A stretch of 64,000 nt of DNA from Octopus vulgaris (Eukaryota), in NCBI GenBank assembly GCA_951406725.2, contig OX597816.1:60760001-60824000 (forward strand). The letters run 5' to 3'. This document shows, piece after piece, positions 39,451-51,254 of this stretch (position 1 is the first letter of the stretch; the number at the start of each line of letters is the position of its first letter). Position numbers and translations under genes: made by a program. A model generated the notes under the pieces. It saw nothing but the letters and a program-made list of their open reading frames with translations, was not told the DNA's origin and did no database searches.

Positions 39451-40584
39451 ATACACACACACACACACGCACAGATACTAATTTTAAAATGGACAGATTA
39501 TTGTTGATGGCATCAAAACATTAATAAATTAGTTATACAGATGTGGGTATAAATATAATTAAGAAGAAAATCAGGAGAAAGTTCATAATAGTTCTACACA
39601 GATAGGAGTGAGAACGGAGTGTACAAAGAGGAGAGAGATGGTGGTGGGTGGTGGTTAGTTATAACAAGATAATGGCCATTCATTCTAAAGAGAATAAGGT
39701 GACACAGCAGAGTGTATGAAGCTATGAGCATATGTGGCGGGGTTGAATAGCAAAGAAAAAGAAAAATAATTAAGAAGAAAAGACAGGAAAGGACAGGACA
39801 ACAGTCTCCAACTAAGTACAAATTTGCCTAAACATCTACCTGCCAAAATGTTGAAAATCCTCCATGCGTGCAAAAGCATGACAACTCCAGGAAAACTTTA
39901 AGCATAAAATGAAAATCACAATGAGGGCTAAAAGACAATCAAGTTAGAAGGGTATAAGTAGTGGCTACTGGAGGACTCGTATAAAACAAATGAGTAATCA
40001 TATAAATAACCATGTCCAAAATACATGAAAAACTGAAGTTGTAAGACCTGGTATCAGACTTTTCAAAGGATAAAGTTGAAGAATTTGAAAAATTTCACCA
40101 ACGGAAGTGGATTCAAAAAGATCAGAAATAATAAATAATTCTCAAACTTGGGTGAAATATATCATTTGGCCAATTCCTTTCCTATACCCAAATCTTGTTT
40201 ACATAGATTACATGTAAACATCTCCCATTCTTTGATGCTGGATTTTAGGTTTGTGATCCAGTTTGAACATTAATCTATATGTATTATATGCCTATTGTCA
40301 TATCATAGACCCAGGGTTGAAGATCTGGGATCTCAAATGCGACTACCCCTCCACACCATACTGTGGTCATGTGCTGCAATTATACATTCCACTAGGTCTT
40401 CCAAATTAATTGCTCAAAGTACATATATATTATGAAAAGAGTGATAGTCATATCTGAAATGTCTTTGACCATGGATCTACTTTGATTAGTGCTAATCTAA
40501 AGCTAAAGAACAACAACATGAACACAAAAAGAAAGCAAAAATACTAAAATAATCTTAAATGTTGATAGAATATTTTTAACTTAC

Positions 40585-40644
40585 CTTGTCAGGGTATTGG
40601 TGAGGTCCATATACGTTGTTGACACGGATCATAACCACAGGTAA
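40585..40644 (-). CDS. TGDS: TGDS-like coding exon (60 nt)
   Basis: aag| ... |GTAAGT. Reads LPVVMIRVNNVYGPHQYPDK (R..NVYGP.Q motif). Confidence 0.93.
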
Positions 40645-40845
40645 CTTAATAAGGAAAGTAAGAAATAATCATAATTGCAGGTAACTACTGGTGAAGAAGC
40701 AGTAATCATTTCTGATTAGATTTAACTTATAGTGGTGAGGATGAGAGAAAAACAATCATCTTCATTTGTTTTACAGTTGTTTTCCATACTAGCATGGCTA
40801 AGCTGTATATAATAATAATAATAATAATAATCATAATAATAATAA

Positions 40846-41266
40846 TGACCTAAAACTGTACGCTACAAATGTCAAACAGCTGGAAACACTACTAAAGACA
40901 GTTCATGGATTTACCAAAGAAATAGATATGAAATTTGGATTAGAAAAATGTGCCAAAGTAACCCTGAAAAGAGGAAAACTAGTTAAGAGTAGCAACGTCA
41001 CACTAGATAAAAACAATGAAATAAGAGAATTAGACCAAAGCCAAACATACAAATACTTAGGAATCCATGAACAAGATAAGACACAACACACACAAATGAA
41101 AGAGAAAATAAAAAAAGAATATTATAGACGAGTTAGATCAATACTAAAAACAGACCTCAATGCTAAAAACAAGATAATAGGTCTCAGTTATAAGTTACAG
41201 CTACAATATCCTTAACTGGACACTAAAAGAACTGACCAAAATAGATAGGAAAACAAGAAAAATAAT
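40846..41266 (+). mobile_element. 5'-truncated R4/Dong(NeSL)-like non-LTR RT fragment, running into the gap
   Basis: DLKLYA...MKFGLEKCAKVTLKRGK...YKYLGI...KEYYRRVRSILKT.LNAKNK; starts right after a (TAA)n tract. Confidence 0.75.
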
Positions 41267-41366
41267 NNNNNNNNNNNNNNNNNNNNNNNNNNNNNNNNNN
41301 NNNNNNNNNNNNNNNNNNNNNNNNNNNNNNNNNNNNNNNNNNNNNNNNNNNNNNNNNNNNNNNNNN
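41267..41366. other. Assembly gap (100 N, true size unknown)
   Basis: Run of N. Confidence 1.
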
Positions 41367-42320
41367 TCTAAAAATGCAAATTAGAGTTTGGGAGAATTAT
41401 AATCTTAAAAATCTAATTAGCAGCTGTTTAAATTTTACAATACATATTTGGCTGTATATGTATATATTTGAAAACTTGGATGACTAAGGGGATAGAGTAC
41501 TGGATAATCAACTACATGGTTTATGGTTTAAATTATATCGCAAATATGGTCAAGATAGTTAACTTTCAAAAGACATTGTCTTCCTTGACATAAGCAGGTA
41601 CTACAGCCTGCAACTAACTACTCTTAATGGCAACAACACTGTCCAATTTATAAGTACATTTTCAGCTCATAATAGTGAGTTAAACTTCCTCGTGTATTTA
41701 CAGAACTGGAGTTTTTCACTTGTTTTGGCCCAACTTGACATTGGTTTTTTTCATTTGGCATTAATGTTTTTCACTGGCGTTGAGTAATGGCAAGAAAATT
41801 GGCCCAATGTGTTTTGATCTTTTAGCAATATTCTCTTCAAAGAAGGGTTCTATTTACTTTACTCCCTAGATAAAGCTGGTCTGCAGGAATAATTGAGTTT
41901 TCTCTTTGAAAGGTTTTAAGAGCAATGCATTTCAACTAAAAATGCATATTCTGTAATGTCTGTGAGAGACTTGACATTAATGGGTTTTTTTCAGTTCAGT
42001 AACACTGGACAATTCCAATGTTTATGGATTTGCTGAATTTAAATTTGAATTTGTAAATATGTTTCATGACATGTTTTATGAAATATATGTAACATTCTAC
42101 AGGAAACCACGCTTGTGTATCCTCTTGATTCAATAACAATATCTGCTCTGATTGTAACATTATTCATGAGACAATTTGCAGACTGATTTTATAAAACAAA
42201 AGAAAAAAGATGTAGCAGAATTTCAAGCCTGTTGTTTTATTTCTGAAATAGCTTAAATCTGTTGAATTAATAATTATGATCGCTTTTAATTAATATCAGT
42301 GACAATGTTAAAAAACTTAC

Positions 42321-42463
42321 TTCATTATGTTCACCACCATATATTTCATCTGTGCTCATATGGAAAAATAATTTTATATTCAGCTCTTTAGCAGCATTTA
42401 TGAGAACATGACTACCATAAACATTTGTCAATGAAAATTCCAGGGGATTTTCAAATGACAAAT
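42321..42463 (-). CDS. TGDS: TGDS-like coding exon (143 nt) with the catalytic STDE motif
   Basis: tttttcag| ... |GTAAGT. Reads (D)LSFENPLEFSLTNVYGSHVLINAAKELNIKLFFHMSTDEIYGGEHNE. Confidence 0.95.
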
Positions 42464-42719
42464 CTGAAAAATGAAAAGAAAAAGGGAAAAGTGCAATAAA
42501 ACATATTAGGGGTTGTGTTAGTCAGTATCATAAATAAATATTGGAAGTGCATGAAAGACTGAATGAAGAGTGGGTAGAACAAGCAGCCAAGAAGTCAGTG
42601 CTACATATTGATCAAGATGTTTAACTCAAGGAGTTTACCTTACTCTTAGAAAATGCCACATGTTGATACTGATCATCACGGTAAGCAAAGGCAGTACTAT
42701 CAAAAGAATGATTGTTTTG

Positions 42720-43480
42720 TTAGCTTTTGTTTTTATTGTTGGCATCCTTTTTGTCTCGGGAGACAATGGAGTTGCGCATAAAATAATCTAGTCCGGCTTT
42801 TACATTTCGTGTCCTAATACATCTCCTGCTGTGGCTGAGTATCCTGGACAAACGCTCCCTCTGGCAGGTGCCGCAAATGTAGCGAAGACTTTGCCTGACT
42901 GGTTGTAATGTCATAGTTTCTTGTTGACGTCTTTTCTTGTCTTTCCATTTGTCCTCTCTCCCTCTGTCACTCCTTTGTGTTCCCTCTTTTACGGTACGTT
43001 GCCAATCTCCATGGTTGCTGGCAACTGCTTCCCAGTTGCTAATATTGATGTCACAGGCCTTCATGTCCCTTTTGCAAACATCCTTGTATCGTAAGAACGA
43101 TCTTCCCACAGACCTAGTGCCCCTAGCAAGCTCTCCATAGAGTATGTCCTTGGGGATTCTGCCATCTTCCATTCAGCTAACATGTCCAAGCCATCTCATA
43201 TGTCTTTGTGTGAGGAGTGCAAACATGTTTGGTATTCCTGCTTGCTTGGGGACATCTTTGTTGGAGACATGATTCTGCCATTTGATGCCAAGGAGGCAGC
43301 GCAGGTGAAAGATATTTAGGCAACGTTCTTGGCATGTATATGGCGTCCAAGACTCACTTCCATACAGTAGAGTGCGAAGTACACATGCCTAGTAAATTTT
43401 CATTTTTGTGGTCTTGGTCAGCTTATTGTTATCCCATGCTCGTTTGGAGAGTTGGGCCATCACAGCAGCTGCCTTGCCAA
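42720..43480 (-). mobile_element. RTE LINE 3' fragment
   Basis: LYGSESWT, RWLGHV, MEDGRIPKDILYGELA.G.R..GR..LRYKDVCKRDMK, C-terminal CxxC. Confidence 0.85.
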
Positions 43481-43878
43481 TGCGTATATCACTGTAATCA
43501 AATCCCAATATGTGCCTTCATATCTTTTATTATCAAGTACACATACACCATTTAATTTATTATTTTTATTGTATTTTTATAATGTGATTTAACATATTAC
43601 ATACAATTTACTTTGTGAAATAGTTTTGTAAGACAATATATTATTTAATAGTTGGTTTATTTGTTACGTAGTATTACATTTAAGTAAATAAGTTTAATAT
43701 TGATTGATATTTTGGTCAATTCTATAAGTGAGTGTAATATTAAATCTATATATACTATATATAAATTAATAATATAGTAAGTTTATATATTTGAACCATT
43801 TTATATTTTTAATTCTAATATTCATAGTTTGTACTAGCATTATGTATATAACTTAACATGAAGTTTTTTTTTAATATA

Positions 43879-44178
43879 CTAGCAGTATCGCCTGGCGTTG
43901 CTCGGGTTTGTAAGGGAAATAGCTATATAAGCATTTTTAGAGAGTTACTTCCCTTATATAAACCGAGCAAAAAATGCATTAAAAATGCGAAAAAATGTTG
44001 GTAAATTTTTTTTTAAATCGTAGACTCATCATAGATGTGTACTAATACCCAGACGGGCTCGATATGAATCACGACTATAAGATACCCGCTTTTGGTTAAA
44101 CTGCAGTGGGAGTAGTTAGGAATCTAAATCGGAGGAGACAGACTCTCACACGCACAACTTCAGTTTTATATATAAAGA
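43879..44178 (-). mobile_element. Non-autonomous Helitron, family 1, internally deleted copy inverted relative to 37177-37689
   Basis: The - strand starts TCTTTATATATAAAACTG and ends CCCGAGCAACGCCAGGCGATACTGCTAG|T. Confidence 0.85.
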
Positions 44179-44497
44179 TATTACTTAATTAGAATAAGAT
44201 TTAACTTAGATGTTTATTAAATAAATAAATTAATTAATAAATAAGTTAATTTAATGTATATAGATTAAATTATAGTATTTTAGTTTTCACTTAATGTATA
44301 TTTTCTAGTAATGATATATTATAGTTTGTTATTCTTTTCTTATATAAGTTAAAATTTATTTTCATAGATATAATAAATATTCATACCTATTTATTCTAGT
44401 TTTATTTACACCAGAATATATTTGTTAAGTTATTTTGTGTTTTACAAGATTATATACGTATATTTATTTATTTAATTATTTTATTGTTTTTATCTTG

Positions 44498-44578
44498 GAC
44501 ATGAAGAGTGGGTATATTTAAATTGAATTGATTTTACTGTTATCAGTTTTTAAATATAGCCACGAAACACGTGTAGTC
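44498..44578 (+). ncRNA. Hammerhead-like motif with one core substitution, in an AT-rich probable Penelope terminal-repeat remnant
   Basis: GAC-ATGAAGA-GTGGGTATATTTAAA...TTTAAATATAGCCAC-GAAA-CACGTG-TA-GTC. Confidence 0.55.
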
Positions 44579-44827
44579 ATTTTACAAATTATATACTTTT
44601 TATTTATTATTTTGTATATTACTTAATCATTGGTATATGTTTTTATCTTATATTTAATTTTTTTTCTATATGGTACAATTTAATTATTTCATTGTTGAAT
44701 TGATAAAAGGTGGGTTTTTTTCTAATTTATATACATATATTATATTTTGTGAAATTTGATTTAGTTTTACTAAATTGAATTTTTCCCTGTAAGTTTGGAA
44801 TAATATTCCCTAATATAATAATAATAC

Positions 44828-44883
<56 letters not shown>

Positions 44884-45132
44884 GCTATAAGTATTTATGG
44901 GGATTTCTGGACAAATTACAATGTAGCTATTTGTATTTATATCTATATTATTTTATGCAAATGCTTACATACATATATATACACACACACACACGCACAC
45001 ATACATACTTAAAAATACATAAGCAATCATGTATATACAAACTTGTATATATAACTACTCAAATCACAACCTATATGTATACACATATCCTTAATTATAT
45101 TTATACATATACAAATATATACACACCCATAT

Positions 45133-45355
45133 ATACAAAGAAGGTGCTGAAAAGTTCCTGGCTTTAAGGATATCATGAAAGGCTTGTCTGGATGCTCAAA
45201 CTTCCGAATTCTTTTACATTATTTAGAAAAACTGAGGGACCACTGCAATAAGTGTGTGAATCTAAGAGGGGGAATAAGTTGAATAAAATCCTCCTGTAAT
45301 TGATCCTCCTGTATTTTCTTTTACACAAAGCCAGGACCATTTCAGCACATCCATT
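45133..45355. mobile_element. Small mariner-type MITE remnant
   Basis: Imperfect terminal inverted repeats gtgctgaaaagttcctggcttt / aaagccaggaccatttcagcac. Confidence 0.6.
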
Positions 45356-45757
45356 GGTATGTGGTAAGAAGCTTGCTTCTCAACCACATGGATCTGGGTT
45401 CAGTCCCACTGTGTGGAATCTTGGGCAAGTGTCTTCTACTATAGCCTCAGGCCAACCAAAGCCTTGTGAATGGATTTGGTAGATGGAAACTGAAAGAAGA
45501 CTGTCATGTGTGTGTGTGTGTATGTATATACGTATATGTATCTATGTGTGTGGTTGTGTCAGTGTTTGTCTCCCCACCATCACTTGACAACCAATGCTGG
45601 TGTTTACGTCCCTGTAACTTAGTGGTTCAGCAAGAGACCATAGAATAAGTACCAGGCTTACAAAGAATAAGTCCTGGGGTCAATTTCTTTAACTAAAACC
45701 CTTTAAGGTGGCACTCCAGCATGGCTGCAGTCTAACGACTGAAACAAGTAACAGAAT
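45355..45757 (+). mobile_element. tRNA-derived SINE family A
   Basis: Same head, core and tail as the other family A copies. Confidence 0.82.
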
Positions 45758-46896
45758 ATATATTAGTTTACACCCTTATCTCTATACATGCATATACCTT
45801 CCGTTCACATTCTCATGAAACTACCTACCCATTCACTCTATCCAATTCTCTGGACCACTTTTCTGATATTAACCTTCCTGTAACTTAAGAGCACACTCTG
45901 AAACCTCTCCACCACCATTTTCTCTCCTTTTTCAACTGGGTTAACCATGTATCTCTTCTACTGCATGATGCCTGTTTCTGTACCTTTATCATACTTTAAC
46001 TTCTCATTACCTAGCATCAAGCACCCTCCCTTAATACTATACCACCACCACCAGCTGAAGTGAAATAATGTAAAATGAATTGATGAACAAACAAGTATTT
46101 AAAATGTTTTATAAAAAAAAAAACGTTACTTTTTTGCCGGTGGCACGTAAAAAACACCCACTACACTCTCGGAGTGGTTGGTGTTAGGAAGGGCATCCAG
46201 CTGTAGAAAATCTGCCAGATCAAGATTGGACCCTGGTGCAGCCATCTGGTTCACCAGCCATCAGTCAAAATCGTCCAACCCATGCTAGCATGGAAAGCGG
46301 ACGTTAAACGATGATGATGATGATGATGATGACATGTGAACGTTCATTTTAAAGGCAGGAACCGAAAGGAAAGGTCATGGTTTCGCATTGTAGTGAAACT
46401 AGAGGTGGTTTTAAGTTTAATTGTAAAGTGTATTTGTAAAGTTTAATCGTAAAATTAATTGTATTTTCTTCTGTAAAGTATATTTGTAACATTTAATTGT
46501 AAGGTTACTTGTAAAGTTTAATCATAAAAGTTTAATTGTAAAGGTATTCACGGTTCGTCTCGCAGCGGGGGCGAGACAGCCGTTTCATTTGCATCATATT
46601 TATGTTCATTTCATTTATCATTTTTCATTCGTCTTTATGTCCCTGCATGTCAGCTGTATGTTCCCTCTGTATTCAGGCCTTGTGCCTATAATAAAGAGAA
46701 ACCAGTTGAAGGGTCTTGTCTTACATGTTACTTGGTGACCTTACTGGTGCTGGTGCCACATAAAAAGTACTCAGTACAATGCGTGAGGTCATTGATTTTA
46801 AGAAAGGGCAGCCAAGGCAGGCATGTGAGCTTGATGCAGTCCTCTGGTTCATTGGTTGTTGTCAAACCATCCAGCCAATATCAGCATGGAAATGGT

Positions 46897-47205
46897 AAAG
46901 ACCCTCTTCAGTCATGAATGACCATGGGATTGCACCTAGAAAATTCCCCTTCAAAGTATAAGACTGGGCAAATTTTTTTATGGAAAGCCAGCAGTCACCC
47001 ATGCATACCAGCCTCCCATCTCCACGCCACTGATGTTATCCATGGGAAAGGCAAAGGGGCCAATATAGCTTGGCACCTGTGACATCGCAACTCATTTCTA
47101 CAGCTGAGTGAACTGGAATAACATGAAATAAAGTATCTTGTTCAAGAACACAACACACTGCCTGGTCCAAGAATCGAACTCACTACTTCATGATTGTGAG
47201 CCACT
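46897..47205 (-). mobile_element. tRNA-derived SINE of a further family
   Basis: The - strand has a B-box-like GAGTTCGATTC, a TCTTGAACAAGATACTTTA core and a 3' part ending CATTCATGACTGAAGAGGGTCTT. Confidence 0.55.
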
Positions 47206-47278
47206 GAGTCATGAAAAATGTATATAAAAAACAATGATGTTGATGGCAAGTTGTATTTTATAAGATATATCAACTTAC

Positions 47279-47369
47279 CGACATGCGATTCAGCAGCAAG
47301 ATGGAGGATAGTATCAATGTTGTTTTTTTTAAGTGCATTGTATACAGTTTGAGGATCACAAATATCTCC
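47279..47369 (-). CDS. TGDS: TGDS-like coding exon (91 nt)
   Basis: tttcag| ... |GTAAGT. Reads GDICDPQTVYNALKKNNIDTILHLAAESHV(D). Confidence 0.95.
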
Positions 47370-48316
47370 CTGAAACAAAGCAACAAGAAATCAAAATTTT
47401 AGTTATAACATCAGTATTTTGACTGAGTATATGGGTGAGGAGAACAAATGGCTTACATGCTTACAATCAAAGTTAACAACACCACTTTCACTTCTTCACT
47501 TTAAGATTAAAAGCCTGAACTGTAAGATTCTTCTCTCCTCATGGCAACTGCACTTATTTTTTTATCACTTAGTCAGGAAGAATTCCCAAGACCTTTTCCC
47601 AGACCTTATTATACAGAAATAGCATTACACTGTATAACAAGGCTGGGCATTTGACTTGCTGGGAGAATCCATCTCAATGACTTTCATACTCTCCATTCAC
47701 TCAGTTTCACTCTTTTTTTTTAATCTCTTAGTCATGAGGGAAGAGCAGTTCCCATGACCCTTCATAAAACCCCCAAGACTAAAGGAAGGAAAAGAAAGAT
47801 GTATATCATGAAACCAGAACCTTAGCCTGAATGCTTGCAACAGAATGGACCCCACTAAAGAGTCTCAAGGATTAAGTGATGGTGTTAAACTGGGTGATGG
47901 ATTATGTCAACCACATGAATAGGCCACAGCAGAATTTGAACTGAACAATGCAAACAGCCAGAACAAACATTGCAAAGCAGCTCATCTGGCACTAATGACT
48001 CTGCTGGTTCATGCTTCATTGACACTGGAAGATGCAAAGCGAGGCTGACTTTCATAGAATTTGATCTCAGAACTCAAATAAATGTCAAGGTGTTTAAGCC
48101 AACACACTAATGTTTCTTCTATATCATTGCCATTAAGCTCTTCTTTGAAATTCACTATAGATTAACAGTTGGTGTTTAGTCTACCTAACTGTAGGTAGGT
48201 ACTGTGTGTGTGTGCGTGTGCGTGCATGCGTACGTGTGTGTGCGTGCATACGTGTGTGTGGTAGAAGATGGAGTAACTTATTTTGTGTAAGTTCAATTAT
48301 TCATGGCATCACTTAC

Positions 48317-48385
48317 CTCAATAAATTTGTAGTTGGGTTTTGTGTGAAGATGCTCAAGAGGTTTCAATGAAGAACAGTAATTCAA
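48317..48385 (-). CDS. TGDS: TGDS-like coding exon (69 nt)
   Basis: ttttgcag| ... |GTAAGT. Reads LNYCSSLKPLEHLHTKPNYKFIE. Confidence 0.92.
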
Positions 48386-48978
48386 CTGCAAAAAGAAAAA
48401 AAATTTAATATATCTATCTATCTATCTATACATACACACACGCACATATATATATAAATAAATATAAGTATATATATTTATATATATATATATAAAGTAC
48501 ACACACACACATAGATACTGGTTGAGCTGAGTATTCCGTTGTTGCAGGGTAAATTTCACAATAGAATGCCTTAGCAGATTTTCGGAATAGCACACCTGCA
48601 TAAGTAGGATTTTCTCCATTTTGATAGGGATTTTTCAAATTTGTTTTTTATCACAACATTGCAAATGAGGTGGTGGGTAAGCTTTTTATTAAAAAAAAGT
48701 TTGGAGAAATTTATATAATCGTCTTTTTAACCCTCCTTTTCCAGACACCAATTTGGTTCAATTTGTTTTTGCACTATTCACTTAAAAACAATGGGGGACA
48801 CTTTCTTTGTTAAAAAAAAAAAGACATTTTTGAAAATTTCTGAATTTTGTCAAACACCATTCCTCAAATCTGTACTGATTTTGGCCTTTTTTTTTTTTGC
48901 AGCACTACTCACTTTAAATTTTTTTTTAATCATAGTTTTAAAATATGGACAGTCCAAATTTGCAATTTATTTTCAATA

Positions 48979-49583
48979 TCTATAAATCTGAAATGCGAAA
49001 AGTTTGTTTGTCTGGTTTTGGCATTGGAACGGGTTAAAGGACACTAGATCCTGTCGGATTGACTCCAAAATTTACAGGGACATGTAAAATGAGGTGAGGA
49101 TGTGAGTGGGCTAGGTTAGAAATCTCCATCTTAAAAGGTGTCATTGCTAGGGCCAAAAACGCACTTTGACAAGTCTACTCTCATTCTTTTATGTATCTGT
49201 CTTCCTCCATCATCATCATCATCATCATCGTTTAACGTCCGTTTTCTCATGCTAGCAGGGGTTGGATGGTTTGACCGGGGTCTGGGAAGCCAGGAGGCTG
49301 CACCAGGCTCCAGTCTGATCTGGCAGTGTTTCTACAGCTGGATGCCCTTCCTAACGCCAACCACTTCGTGATTGTAGTGGGTGCTTTTTTCGTGCCATGG
49401 AGGGAGGGGCGCTGGCAGCGGCCATGATCGGTTGGTGCTTTTTACGTGCCACCGGCTCAGAAGCCAGTCAAGGCGGCGCTGCCATCGGCCACGCTCGGAT
49501 GGTGCTTTTTATGTGCCAAAAAGATGCAACAGAAAATAACAACCACACTCTTACCCGCGCGTAGAGCGGGCCACCTTAAGCTA

Positions 49584-49584
<1 letters not shown>
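48979..49584 (+). mobile_element. Non-autonomous Helitron, family 2, with a nested family B fragment (~49208-49520)
   Basis: A|TC start; CCCGC...GCGGG hairpin shortly before CTAG|T. Confidence 0.8.
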
Positions 49585-49631
<47 letters not shown>

Positions 49632-49678
49632 GTGTACATATATATATATACATATGTATGTGTGTGTATGTATGTATG

Positions 49679-49709
<31 letters not shown>

Positions 49710-50227
49710 TTGTGTGCATGTGTGACTATGTATATGTGTTTAGTCCAAAAAGGCTTTGAAATGGTGCATCCTAAAGAAAAATGAATTTGATTTTCAAAAT
49801 CTGTAACAGTGACAAAAAAGATCTTTCTCACTCTCTCTCTCATTTGTATATCTCTTTCATTTTCTCATGGCAAATTTCTCACTCTATAAAAGTATACTGC
49901 TCACGCTGAGTGTGTGTGTGTTTGCATGTGTGTAAGGGGTTTCATTAGGGTGACAAAGGGTATGTAAAAGATGATCTATTTTAATAGCATAATTTTCTGT
50001 TAGTAAATGTCTCTCTCTCTCACACACACACACACACACTCCCTTGATGTGGAGTGGGGTTTAGAATTTGAATAAACTTTTGTTGTTGTTGTTTATATTC
50101 TAGCAATGGACCACCACCTCATCATTCCATAAAACATCAATACATGTCAAAGTGACAAAGGAATGAAGAAGGTTTCAGGTGGTCGTGGGATGTGCTACAA
50201 ACACCTGCTAAATCTCACTTAAATCTC

Positions 50228-51216
50228 ACGGGTAAGAGTGTGGTTGTTATTTTCTGTTGCTTCCATTCTGTTTTTTTATCACCACATTCTCCCTCTTTGT
50301 TTCTCTCTCCTTTCTCTCTCACTTTCCCACTCTCTTACTCTTCCTTTCTCTCGGACTCTCCTTCGCTTTATCTATCTGTCTCCCATTTATAAATAACAAA
50401 AGATCTTGAGTAAGTTGAGAAAGAAATATTTTGAAAGATCAATCATAAATATCAGGCAGTGACAACGGAAAGGTCTGCTTCAAAGCAGACAGCAAAACAC
50501 TTAACATTTAAAAGGGACAGACGAACCTGCAAGCTGAATAAAAATAAAAAAATATTGGAAACCAAAGTTTGAAGGGATAGAATCTGAAGATAGTAGAGTC
50601 ACCATGGCTGGCATTTCTTAACAACGGACAGCAATGTAGTAGCAGTTTAACGGCTGGCGTAAAATTTTGAACTTGATGTAAAAGAAAATTCGTAAACACC
50701 AAGTTTTGAAGTGATTCTTTCTCACAACAGTAGACTCACCATGGCAAGCATTCAAAACTTCTTCATCATGGACAGCAACACATTGACGATTTAAAAGGCT
50801 GGCACCAATTTTTTAGCTTGATGTAACAGAGAATTCCTAAACACCCGCTCCTGTAAATTTTAATCCCCTTCCAGCCCCGTTTAGACCCCTTTTCACACTT
50901 TGGTTAATATAACCCGATTTCATTCGGGTCTAATCGGGCCACATTTCATAAGATGAGGAATTTTGTCCTATAGGTTACGCCTTTCATTTGAGGAAAAAAA
51001 TAGTTGCCATGCAAACTCGCCAGCACTTTTAACATAGGTGTGCATATTTTCAGCTCAGCCGACCACATAATGCACACATTATATATATATATAAGTACAT
51101 ATATACGCATTATTTATATATATGTATGTGTGTGTGTGTGCGTGCGTGTGTGTGTGTGTGTGTGCGTGCGTGTGTGTGTGCGTGTGTGTACGCATTATAT
51201 ATATAAATGTATACAA

Positions 51217-51254
<38 letters not shown>

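Noticed and set aside
42020-42040. SANP-like peptide on the - strand as the missing YxxxK exon
   Set aside because: Followed at once by TAA, with no SKAA motif or splice sites.
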